18,882 bases of DNA from Deinococcota bacterium (lineage in GTDB: Bacteria > Deinococcota > Deinococci > Deinococcales > Thermaceae): contig JBGFRI010000006.1 of assembly GCA_041695225.1 (NCBI GenBank), positions 1-18,882 on the forward strand. Direction: 5' to 3'. A program made the position numbers and the translations under genes. The stretch's first letter is position 1. Every line of letters begins with the position of its first letter. The notes under the pieces are model-generated. The model did no database searches, was not told where the DNA came from, and worked only from the letters and a program-made list of their open reading frames with translations. Of this stretch, positions 1 through 7,592 are shown piece by piece.

Positions 1-120
1 TGGTTCAACCCAGCCGGTCATCCAGAACGTCCAAACCAAGCCTCATGCAATACTAATGGAAGGGAGGGAGTGTCGCTTAGACCAGGCCAGAATTCTGTCT
101 TGACAGAGGGGTCCACCTCA
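1..120 (+). mobile_element. Probable right end of an IS3-family-like insertion sequence (3' end of a transposase ORF plus terminal inverted repeat)
   Basis: An open frame from the window edge (2..103, ...PHAILMEGRECRLDQARILS*) stops inside TCTGTCTTGACAGAGGGGTCCACCTCA, which ends in CA at 120. The reverse complement starts TGAGGTGGACCCC, resembling IS3-type TG...CA ends. The catalytic part and the other end lie outside the window. Confidence 0.4.
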
Positions 121-176
121 TGGAGCAGGCGGGAGCCTAAAACATTATCGGAAAACCTGCTCACAGCATCTGCATG

Positions 177-405
177 AGCCGCTAGAGAAAGAACCGAATT
201 CTTGTGGAAAGCTCATTAGGGCCTTTCGGCGCCGAGGCTGCTTTGGAAATACGGCAAGGTTTGCCATGGGCTCGGGCAAAAAGGCGCCCTCATCGGCCCG
301 GCCCACACCCTGGTCACGGCTCAGGCCCAGAGCCAGGACGCCAGCCCGGCAACAACCAGTCCACAGGGGTCTGCCAGGGTCGAGGATTTTTACCTGGAAA
401 ACTGG
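177..405 (+). pseudogene. vapC: Degraded VapC/PIN-domain toxin remnant (C-terminal half)
   Basis: SR*RKNRILVESSLGPFGAEAAL, then a +1 frameshift at ~246, then KYGKVCHGLGQKGALIGPAHTLVTAQAQSQDASPATTSPQGSARVEDFYLENW. This matches the VapC pattern PF.AEAA..YG....L..KG..IGP.D.LIAA.A......VT.N...F.RV..L..ENW. It has an in-frame stop, a frameshift, and H in place of the conserved D. Confidence 0.7.
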
Positions 406-472
406 ACAGCTTGTTACTTGCCACAGCGGCGGGCGAGGGGCGCTAAACGCATCCCTCGTTTGCCGCGCATGC

Positions 473-637
473 AGGTTCCGGCTATGCCGGAATCGCGTAA
501 GCGACTTTGCCGGTAGGTTCCGGCTATGCCGGAATCGCGTAAGCGACTTTGCCGGTAGGTTCCGGCTATGCCGGAATCGCGTAAGCGACTTTGCCGGTAG
601 GTTCCGGCTATGCCGGAATCGCGTAAGCGACTTTGCC
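473..637. repeat. Tandem array of a 42-bp double-hairpin unit (3 full copies plus a 39-bp copy)
   Basis: Unit AGGTTCCGGCTATGCCGGAATCGCGTAAGCGACTTTGCCGGT starts at 473, 515, 557 and 599. Copies are identical with no spacers. Internal hairpins are TTCCGGC-TAT-GCCGGAA and TCGC-GTAA-GCGA. Confidence 0.95.
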
Positions 638-740
638 TCGAGCGTTTCCGTTGGATTCCACATTACAGCTTTTGGCGTAGCCTACTGGTACTGTGTCAAG
701 CCAGCAAGTCCATAACATGACTTTTTCCTCTAACGGGCGA

Positions 741-815
741 TGCGAGCACCTTAGTGGTGCGAAGTAATCCAGGAAGGGATCGTAAGCCTATCAGACGATA
801 TGATGCCCTGGATTA
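741..815. repeat. Degenerate copy of the TGCGAG...CGAAGCAATCCAG...CTGGATT palindromic element
   Basis: TGCGAG, hairpin GCACC-ttagt-GGTGC, CGAAGTAATCCAGG (760-773) and CCTGGATTA (807-815). Same layout as the intact copy at 11695-11795. Confidence 0.55.
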
Positions 816-988
816 ATCCCCCTCCCCTGCGCCTACGGGCCTTACCTGGGCTTGCCGAAATTGATGCCAAGGGCTATCAAAGAAGCCTTCCCCGCGTCTA
901 CTGACGGGTTAAAGGCGGGACAGAATGGCTGGACTGTTCGATATCACCCAAAACACACTTGCATGGGCCGGGGAGCAGGAAAGCCTCT

Positions 989-2182
989 TTATCCTATTGC
1001 TTCCAAGGCCATGGCGGTAGAGCCGCCCGTTCCGTGGCAGATGGCGGCCAGGCCGCGCTCCCGGCCGTGGGTGTGCAGGGCATGAATCAGGGTGGTCAGA
1101 ATGCGGGCGCCGGATGCCCCGATGGGGTGGCCCAGGGCAATGGCGCCGCCGTGCACGTTCAGGCTGTCCATCGGCACCCCCAGCAGGCGGTGGAACAAAA
1201 TGTTATTTAGGGCAAAGGCTTCGTTGTTTTCAAACAGCTGAAAGTCGGAAAGGCTAAGCCTGTGCTTCTCCAGTAGCCTCTTGACCGCCGGAACCGGCGC
1301 TTCGGGAAAGCGCCAGGGCTCACCGGCAGCCCAGCTACTGCCCAGAATCCGCGCGATGGGCTTTAGACCATGCTTCTGAACTGCTTCTGGACTGGCCAGC
1401 ACCAAAGCCGCCGCACCGTCGGAGATTTGCGAGGAGTTGCCCGCGGTCAGCACCCCGTCTTTCTGGAAAGCCGGGCGCAGGGCAGCCAGCGACTGAAGGG
1501 TAGTATCGGGCCGCACCCCTTCGTCCCTTTCAATTTTCTCTGTTCCTTTGCGGGTTTTGACCTCTAGCGGCACCATCTCGCGGTTGAAATGACAGGCTTC
1601 CTGGGCCCTGGCGGCCCGCAGGTTGGAGTGCAAGGCCACCTGGTCCAGTTCGGCGCGGGTTACGCCGAAATCGGCGGCCAGCCGCTCGGCCTGGTCGCCC
1701 ATGGCTTCGCCGGTGAAGGGGTCGGATAGTCCATCGCGCTGCAGAATGTCTTGTAGCTGCTCCGGCGCACCTGCCAGGTACTTGTAGCCCCAGCGGGCCC
1801 GGCTCGACAGATAGAACCCAGCCTGGGTCATGGACTCCATACCACCCACCAGCACCACCTCGGCATCGCCATTTTTGATGGTCAGCGCACCATTAGCAGC
1901 CGCCTGCATCCCCGAAGCACACACCATGTCCACCGCATAGCCGTCTACAGTGTGGGGAATTCCGGCCTGGAAGGCCGCCTGGCGGGGTGGGAGCTGCCCC
2001 TGACCGGCCCGCAGAACCTGTCCAAACACATAAAGATCCAGGTCGGCCCCGCTAAGACCCGCTTTCTCCAGGGCGGCTTTCATTGCCTGCGACCCCAGGT
2101 CAACGGGCGAAAAATCCTTCAGCGCTCCACCAAACCGTCCTACTGGGGTACGCACCGCCGAGACCACAAACACCTCGCGCAT
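989..2182 (-). CDS. Acetyl-CoA C-acetyltransferase (thiolase), 397 aa
   Basis: Motifs RTPVGRFGG, VCASG (active-site Cys), GGMESM, TAGNSSQISDGAAA, NEAFA and GHPIGASG. Start set at ATG 2182 (MREVFVV), preceded by GGAGG and a TAATAT -10-like box at 2200-2205. Confidence 0.95.
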   Translation of the reverse strand: MREVFVVSAVRTPVGRFGGALKDFSPVDLGSQAMKAALEKAGLSGADLDLYVFGQVLRAGQGQLPPRQAAFQAGIPHTVDGYAVDMVCASGMQAAANGALTIKNGDAEVVLVGGMESMTQAGFYLSSRARWGYKYLAGAPEQLQDILQRDGLSDPFTGEAMGDQAERLAADFGVTRAELDQVALHSNLRAARAQEACHFNREMVPLEVKTRKGTEKIERDEGVRPDTTLQSLAALRPAFQKDGVLTAGNSSQISDGAAALVLASPEAVQKHGLKPIARILGSSWAAGEPWRFPEAPVPAVKRLLEKHRLSLSDFQLFENNEAFALNNILFHRLLGVPMDSLNVHGGAIALGHPIGASGARILTTLIHALHTHGRERGLAAICHGTGGSTAMALEAIG

Positions 2183-2501
2183 AACTGCCTCCAGGCCACA
2201 TATTACGCTATTTCTGACCGCCAGCGTAGAACCGTTATCCAGGGTTCTTCGCACTCGAGCTTTAGCTGTGCGCTCAGTTGCACCAGGGCCGCACCTATGC
2301 TGGTCGTTGGTGAAACAGGTTTTGGCGCGGCCTTGACCAGGATAGGCAGCGAAACTCGCTACCAGCCCATGCCAATGGCGCACTGCTGGAAACGGTATGG
2401 CAGCTTTGAAAAGCCGGGCTTAGCGGTCGAGCCACAAATTTTCAAACCTTGCGCTACGCGCGGACTGGTCGAAAGTCCAAGGTCAAACGTCGAAGGTCAT
2501 T

Positions 2502-2510
2502 TGCTATAAT
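2502..2510 (+). promoter_or_regulatory. Consensus extended -10 promoter (TGcTATAAT)
   Basis: Exact TGnTATAAT at 2502-2510 pointing into the thiolase-rodA intergenic region. Confidence 0.5.
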
Positions 2511-2663
2511 CCATATGACCTTAAGACCGAGTTGTAACCAGAGGCCGTTGGGCCTAAAACCCCTTCGAGTAAAGCCCATCAGAGCTTATCCGAGCCGGCA
2601 GCGGGGCCGACGCCTGCGCATTTGTCCCTGGCCAGAGGTATGAAAGTCAAGCTACTGAACCGC

Positions 2664-2768
2664 TCAGTGGTCCTGGTTTCCCAGCCCCTTATCCTTCACG
2701 AAAAAGGTAAACATTATCACCAGCAGGAAAATGACTACTGCAGCAGCGATGGTAATGATCTCGTCCAT
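2664..2768 (-). CDS. Small single-pass membrane protein, 34 aa (below the ORF-track cutoff)
   Basis: MDEIITIAAAVVIFLLVIMFTFFVKDKGLGNQDH*. It has an ATG start, an AAGGGGG SD-like motif ~8 nt upstream, an acidic N-terminus, an unbroken ~21-residue hydrophobic stretch and then KDK (positive-inside rule). Confidence 0.65.
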   Translation of the reverse strand: MDEIITIAAAVVIFLLVIMFTFFVKDKGLGNQDH

Positions 2769-2846
2769 AAGCAGCGCCCCCTTATTTCGCAGAAAAGTCT
2801 AACACTTTCGCCCACAACTCTCACCCCATCTGAATAAACTGTAAGG

Positions 2847-3929
2847 GTGACGCTGCGCAGGGTTCCGGTGTTTGCCTATGACTGGGCGCTAATCGGCCTG
2901 GTTTTGCTAATCAGCGTGATTGGACTGATCACTCTTTATAGCGCGGCCCCAACCCAGGGGGCCTGGTTTCAACAGTTGCTGGCATTTCCCGTCGCGCTGA
3001 CGCTGGCCCTGCTGGTGCAGTTTTTCTCCCGGCGCCAGCTGGCTTCCTGGGTTTTTCCGCTATATGCCGTCTCGGTTTTTCTGCTGGTACTGGTCTTGTT
3101 AGTAGGGCGTGAGGTCAACGGCGCCAGGGCCTGGTTTGACCTGGGACCGGTCAGCTTTCAGCCCAGCGAAATTGCCAAAATTGGTCTCATCCTGATTCTG
3201 GCTAAAGTCGTGGCCGCCCGGCCCTTGGAGCGCCCGCTGGACTATGTATTGCCCGCGTTGCTAGCGGCCCCGATTCTGGGTCTGGTGTTTCTTCAGCCCG
3301 ATCTGGGGGGTGTTCTGGTACTCCTTGCAGGGTTTCTTGGGATTCTGTTTGTGCGGGGGATGCCCAGGCAGCACATCGTTATCGGACTGGTCGCCGTAGC
3401 CGTACTGATGCCGACCGTCGTCTGGCCCAATCTCAACCAGTACCAGCGCGACCGGGTAGAGGTTCTGTTCGACCTCTCCCAGGACCCCAGGGGCATGGGT
3501 TTCCAGCAGATCCAGTCCACCATTGCCATAGGCTCAGGGGGCTTAACTGGCAAAGGGTTTAACGCAGGCACCCAGACCCAACTGGGGTTCGTCCCCGAGC
3601 GTCAGACCGACTTTATCTTCGCGGTGCTGGCCGAGGAATGGGGCTTTGTGGGAGCGGCAACTTTACTAGTGCTCTATGCACTCCTGTTCTTCCGTCTGGG
3701 CCGGATGATAACCGAGTGCGTGCGGATGGAGGATCGGTTGATTATTGCCGGCCTGCTCTCCATGCTGGCTTTTCAGGTAGCGGTGAATGTGTCGGTCACA
3801 CTGGGCCTGGCGCCAGTTATTGGCCTGACGTTGCCGCTGGTTTCAAAAGGCGGAAGTAGTCTGTTGATGGTCTACCTGGGACTGGGCCTGGCCCTGTTGC
3901 TGCACCGAGACCGACACCGGGAGGTTTGA
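2847..3929 (+). CDS. rodA: Rod shape-determining protein RodA (SEDS peptidoglycan glycosyltransferase)
   Basis: Multi-TM protein with GARAWFDLG, FQPSEIAK, QPDLG, YQRDRV, AIGSGG..GKG, PERQTDFIF..LAEEWGF and LPLVS.GGSS. GTG start lies 6 nt after TAAACT. Confidence 0.93.
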   Translation: MTLRRVPVFAYDWALIGLVLLISVIGLITLYSAAPTQGAWFQQLLAFPVALTLALLVQFFSRRQLASWVFPLYAVSVFLLVLVLLVGREVNGARAWFDLGPVSFQPSEIAKIGLILILAKVVAARPLERPLDYVLPALLAAPILGLVFLQPDLGGVLVLLAGFLGILFVRGMPRQHIVIGLVAVAVLMPTVVWPNLNQYQRDRVEVLFDLSQDPRGMGFQQIQSTIAIGSGGLTGKGFNAGTQTQLGFVPERQTDFIFAVLAEEWGFVGAATLLVLYALLFFRLGRMITECVRMEDRLIIAGLLSMLAFQVAVNVSVTLGLAPVIGLTLPLVSKGGSSLLMVYLGLGLALLLHRDRHREV

Positions 3930-3977
3930 CCAAACAGTACTCTGGAGGCATTAACGAGTTACCAGGACACCCGCTCG

Positions 3978-4108
3978 TTTATGAAGCGTCTCAAGTCTCC
4001 AGTCTCAGGTCTTTTTGGCTTGCGACCCGCGACTTGCGACATCTTTTATGAAGCGTCAGTCCCTGCTTCATGCTCCGGGGTCCCTCAGGGCGGATGGGCA
4101 ACTCTTGA
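3978..4108 (+). repeat. ~130-bp composite repeat (heptamer hairpin plus conserved tail), paralogue of the copy inside modA
   Basis: TTTATGAAGCGTCTCAAGTCTC...GACTTGCGACATC-TTTATGAAGCGTCAGTCCCTGCTTCATGCTCCGGGGTC...GGATGGGCAACTCTTGA aligns end to end with the reverse complement of 7386-7532. Confidence 0.88.
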
Positions 4109-4153
4109 GGAGCCTTTAGATGAGTACGGTGGCTGGAAGAGCGGCAGTCTGAA

Positions 4154-4266
4154 CCCCCTCTCGCGCGCTTGGGAGAGGGTTGGGGTGAGGGTTGAGTATT
4201 GGGACAGACGCCATTAATGCGCTCTGCTTACCCCCTCACCCAGCCTCTGCCACCGGTGGAGAGGAG
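4154..4266. repeat. BoxC-like inverted palindrome pair (CCCTCTC..GGGAGAGGGTTGGGGTGAGGG / CCCTCACCC..CCTCT..GAGAGG)
   Basis: GGGGTGAGGG (~4182-4191) pairs with CCCTCACCC (~4233-4241). Each half has its own small hairpin. Confidence 0.7.
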
Positions 4267-4564
4267 ATTTGTAAACACCCTCTAGCTGGACCGAGCACAC
4301 TTATGGCAGTTTTTGCGAAATTGGCTCGTTGGTGCACCGGCCTGAGTCACTGGCGATCTCCCTACGCTTTGCGCATCTTTGCAGCGGCCTTGGAGAAGTA
4401 CCGCAGGGGACAGCTGCGACCAAAAGCCACACGGGGAGGAAACCCGCAACCCGAGGGATTAGGAATTATTCTGGCTTTCCAGTGCCACAGCTTCACCTTT
4501 TTGATACCCCCATCACAACCCAGGTACGCCAAGTGGGCGTATACTGACAGCATGGAGGAGTTTT

Positions 4565-4750
4565 ATGCCCATCGGCCCTACTGAACTAATCATCATCCTG
4601 GTGATTGTGGTCTTGTTGTTTGGTGCTCGAAAACTACCGGAGCTGGCTCGAGGTCTGGGTCAGTCGGCTAAGGAGTTTCGCAAAGGCCTGAACGAAGCCG
4701 AGCAGGAAAAAAAGGCTGAGGAAGCCAACCCCGAACAGAAGCAGTCGTAA
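4565..4750 (+). CDS. tatA: Twin-arginine translocase subunit TatA/E
   Basis: MPIGPTELIIILVIVVLLFGARKLPELARGLGQSAKEFRKG is the TatA signature. GGAGGAG SD and TATACT -10 lie upstream. Confidence 0.96.
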   Translation: MPIGPTELIIILVIVVLLFGARKLPELARGLGQSAKEFRKGLNEAEQEKKAEEANPEQKQS

Positions 4751-4761
4751 GAGCTACTTTT

Positions 4762-4825
4762 GGCTAATAGCTCATAGCTTATGGCGAATAGCTAAAAGCG
4801 ACTGTTGCTATCGGGTATCGGCTTC
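4762..4825. repeat. Heptamer (ATAGCTN-type) short tandem/inverted repeat between convergent tatA and modC
   Basis: GCTAATA GCTCATA GCTTATG GCGAATA GCTAAAA, followed by inverted GCTATCG GGTATCG GC. Related tracts lie at 9345-9392 and 13981-14010. Confidence 0.7.
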
Positions 4826-4902
4826 TACTTTTGGCAATACGCAGCAATCCTAGCCGGCCGCGCCAGGGGATATCCAGGCGCGGCCCCAGTCAAGGTGCAG
4901 GA

Positions 4903-5919
4903 TCAGGTACTTTTAGGGCCGTGGGGGATGAGGTGCAGGTAGCGTGGCTCGAGGTAGACCTCGAGCCTTTTTCCTTCACTCAGGTCAAGCTCTTCGCGTT
5001 TGTAGCGCGGGAGCAGAAACTCCAGGCTGGCCCCACCCACCTTTAGCTGCCCTCGCAGTCGCAAGCCCTGGGAGCGTAGCTGCGATACCTCGGCCAGCAG
5101 CCGGTTGTCCTCACCCTTAGCGGTAAACACTTCTTCCGGGCGAATTCCCAGCCATACCTCGTCTCCTGGGCGGGCGCCGGGGTAGGCTAGGGCCTTTAGC
5201 AGCCCAAATACCGAGTCCAGCTGTAGCCACAAGCCATCCACCGCCAGTACTCGGCCCTGCCACAGGTTTCTAAACCCCACCAGACGGGCTACCTCGAGGG
5301 TAGCCGGGCGGGTGAACACCTCCTCCGAGCTTCCCTGCTGTACCAGCCCCTGCTTGGTCAGCACCCCAACCCAGTCGGCCCGCTGGGCCAGCCACTGGTC
5401 GTGCGAGACCACCAGGGTAGGAATTTCCAGAGCCCGCAACCGCTCGATCACCCCACCAAATACCTCGTCCCGGGTGGCCACATCAAGCGCACTGGTAGGC
5501 TCGTCTAACAGTAAAATCTCAGGCTCCCGGGCCAGGGCTCGAGCCAGAGCTACCCGTTGCTGCTGGCCCCCTGAAAGCTGGCGGGGAAAGCGCTCGGCCA
5601 GGTCGGCAATGCCCATCTGAGCCAGGTACTCCAGGGCCCTGGCTTTACGCTCCCGCTTCAGGTGTGCCAGCGGAAAAGCTACGTTCTGCCAGGCGCTCAG
5701 GTGCGGAAAAAGGGCATAGTGCTGGGGCAGGTAGCCCACCGGGCGTTGCTCGGCCCGCAGACCTTCAAAAGGCTGTCCCCTGGCCGGAATCAGGCCCGCC
5801 AATGCCCTTAGCAGGCTGGTCTTGCCAACTCCACTCTCGCCTAGCACTACTGTAAAGCCGCGGACTACCAGGTCTATTTGGAGCCGGACAGGGTGCTCAA
5901 GGCGGTAGTGGATTTCCAT
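4903..5919 (-). CDS. modC: Molybdate ABC transporter ATP-binding protein with C-terminal TOBE-like region
   Basis: Walker A GESGVGKT, signature LSGGQQQR, Walker B LLLDEP, H-loop VSHD, C-terminal IRPEE. Downstream of modAB. Confidence 0.9.
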   Translation of the reverse strand: MEIHYRLEHPVRLQIDLVVRGFTVVLGESGVGKTSLLRALAGLIPARGQPFEGLRAEQRPVGYLPQHYALFPHLSAWQNVAFPLAHLKRERKARALEYLAQMGIADLAERFPRQLSGGQQQRVALARALAREPEILLLDEPTSALDVATRDEVFGGVIERLRALEIPTLVVSHDQWLAQRADWVGVLTKQGLVQQGSSEEVFTRPATLEVARLVGFRNLWQGRVLAVDGLWLQLDSVFGLLKALAYPGARPGDEVWLGIRPEEVFTAKGEDNRLLAEVSQLRSQGLRLRGQLKVGGASLEFLLPRYKREELDLSEGKRLEVYLEPRYLHLIPHGPKST

Positions 5920-6551
5920 CGGGCCTCCAGGCCTCGTATTGTAAATAATAGCGCCACCGCCAGACCGACCAGGATCAGCGCTACCTGGTTGGCCTCCTGG
6001 ATCCGCAGGGCCTCGGTGAGCTGGAAGATGTAGATACTCAGCACCTGGGTCTCGCCGGGCAGGCTACCCCCAATCATCAGCACCACCCCAAACTCTCCCA
6101 GCACGTGCGAAAACACCAGCAGGGTGCCCGAGAGCAGGCCCGGAGCGGCCAGGGGTAGCACTATCTCACGGGCAATCCGCCAGCGGCTAGCCCCCAGGGT
6201 ACGGGCGGTAGCGATCAGGTCGGGGTCAATGCTGCGAAAGGCCTCGCGGTAGTTGTTGAGCGCCAGGGGGGTGTTGAAAATTACCGAACCTATCCAGATG
6301 CCAGTAAAGGTAAAGGCCAGCGTAAAGCCGGTCCAGTCAGCAATTGGGCCATTTTTCCCCAGTAGCAACAGCAGGTAGAAGCCCAGCACCGTAGGCGGCA
6401 AGACCAGTGGCAGAAGCAGAATAGACTCTAGCAGCCGCTTACCCCGGAAATCGTAGCGGGCTAGCACCCAGGCCAGCGGAGCAGCCAGCAAAAGCAGAGT
6501 CAGCGAGACCCAGAAGGCCAGCCGCAGGGTTAGCAAAAGCGACTCGATCAC
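5874..6551 (-). CDS. modB: Molybdate ABC transporter permease
   Basis: LPLVLPPTVLGFYLL, EAA-like loop ATARTLGASRW, LGEFGVVLMIGGSLPGET. GTG start overlaps the modA stop. Confidence 0.94.
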   Translation of the reverse strand: MIESLLLTLRLAFWVSLTLLLLAAPLAWVLARYDFRGKRLLESILLLPLVLPPTVLGFYLLLLLGKNGPIADWTGFTLAFTFTGIWIGSVIFNTPLALNNYREAFRSIDPDLIATARTLGASRWRIAREIVLPLAAPGLLSGTLLVFSHVLGEFGVVLMIGGSLPGETQVLSIYIFQLTEALRIQEANQVALILVGLAVALLFTIRGLEARWKSTTALSTLSGSK

Positions 6552-7549
6552 GGCGCCGTCCTGGGAAGGGCGTAGCCCCAGGCCTGGTAAACTCGCTGCG
6601 CTTTGGGTGAGCTAAGAAACTCAAAGAGCAGGCGCACTTCGGGCCGGGCCCGCCCCCGCACAATCAGATAGCCCTGCTCGATGGGGTCGTGGTAGCGCTG
6701 GGGAACCACATACCAGGTTCCCTGCTGGCGCAAGTCGGGGCCATAGATGGCAGCCAGGGCCACAAAACCTGCGTCACCGGCTGCCAGGGTAAGCTGGGCA
6801 GCCTGGGAGATGTTCTGCCCCAGGGCAATCCTATCCCGTACCGCCGCGTATACTCCCGCACGGGTCATGGCCTGTACTGCCGCCCGCCCGTAAGGCGCAA
6901 CCTCCGGGTTGGCATTAATCACCCGCCGAATGCGAGGGTCAGTGAGCACCTGCAGGCTGGTAGCCCTTATGCCCACCCGGCTGGGGATAAAAAGGGCTAA
7001 CCTGCCGATGGCATAGACCCGCAGGCTGCCCTCTTCGACCAGGCCGCGGCGCTCGAGCTCCCGCGGAAAGGCCATGTCTGCCGACATGAAGATGTCGAAG
7101 GGTGCGCCCTGGGAAATTTGCGCCGTAAATGCCCCCGAAGAGCCAAAGCTGGGAATCACCCGGATGGTGGGGTGGCGCTGGTTAAAAAGCTGCACCAGTT
7201 CCAAAAACGTATCGCGCAGGTTGGCCGCAACCGCCACCCGTACCTCGCCAGACTGCGCCCAGGCCGAACCTAGACTCAGCCAGAGCGCTAACACCAGGCT
7301 AATTGGTGCAAATTTTATCCACTGTACCTGCGCAAGCCAGCGGGCGGTAAGGAGCGCTTTGTCCCTAGGCGGTTGGGATTTACCGTCAAAAGTTGCCCAT
7401 TCGTCCTGTCTGACCCCGGAGCATGAAGCGGGGGGCTGACACTTCACAAGAGATGCCGCAGGTCGCAGGTCGCAGGTCGCAAGCCAAAAAGACCTGAGAC
7501 CTGAGACCTGAGACCTGAGACGCTTCATAAAAGATCGCTCTGAACACAT
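6548..7549 (-). CDS. modA: Molybdate ABC transporter substrate-binding protein with a repeat-derived N-terminal extension
   Basis: VAVAANL, FGSSG, GAPFDIFMSAD, ANPEVAPYGRAA and GQNISQA motifs. Signal peptide ...ISLVLALWLSLGSAWA|Q. GGAGG SD lies 6 nt before ATG 7549, and no in-frame ATG occurs nearer than 7528. Confidence 0.92.
   Translation of the reverse strand: MCSERSFMKRLRSQVSGLRSFWLATCDLRPAASLVKCQPPASCSGVRQDEWATFDGKSQPPRDKALLTARWLAQVQWIKFAPISLVLALWLSLGSAWAQSGEVRVAVAANLRDTFLELVQLFNQRHPTIRVIPSFGSSGAFTAQISQGAPFDIFMSADMAFPRELERRGLVEEGSLRVYAIGRLALFIPSRVGIRATSLQVLTDPRIRRVINANPEVAPYGRAAVQAMTRAGVYAAVRDRIALGQNISQAAQLTLAAGDAGFVALAAIYGPDLRQQGTWYVVPQRYHDPIEQGYLIVRGRARPEVRLLFEFLSSPKAQRVYQAWGYALPRTAP
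7386..7532 (-). repeat. ~145-bp composite repeat in frame within the 5' end of modA
   Basis: Reverse complement matches 3978-4108. Contains (GTCTCAG)n and (GCGACCT)n heptamers. Confidence 0.88.
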
Positions 7550-7562
7550 GCCTGCCTCCAAG

Positions 7563-7579
7563 TAGTTACACTGTAACTA
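7563..7579. promoter_or_regulatory. Perfect palindrome TAGTTACA-C-TGTAACTA, candidate operator over the modA -10 box
   Basis: 8-1-8 inverted repeat in the short padR-modA gap. It overlaps TACAGT (TANNNT on the minus strand) and abuts the modA SD. Confidence 0.7.
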
Positions 7580-7592
7580 AATGGGTAAAGCC

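Noticed and set aside
473..637. CRISPR array
   Set aside because: Units are contiguous and identical with no unique spacers, and there are no cas genes in the window.
145..715. ORFs 145..663 (-) and 266..715 (+) with 14-aa repeats
   Set aside because: They are open mainly because the 42-bp repeat lacks stops in those frames. They overlap the vapC relic and have no SD or recognisable domain.
828..960. Possible AlkA N-terminal-like fragment (LRALPGLAEIDAKGYQRSL)
   Set aside because: The resemblance covers only ~20 residues and cannot be told from chance without an HMM search.
2183..2383. 67-aa N-terminal extension of the thiolase in the ORF track
   Set aside because: SD, -10 box and family homology all point to ATG 2182.
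3981..4584. ORFs 3981..4217 and 4192..4584
   Set aside because: They are translations of repeat elements and intergenic DNA with no protein-like features.
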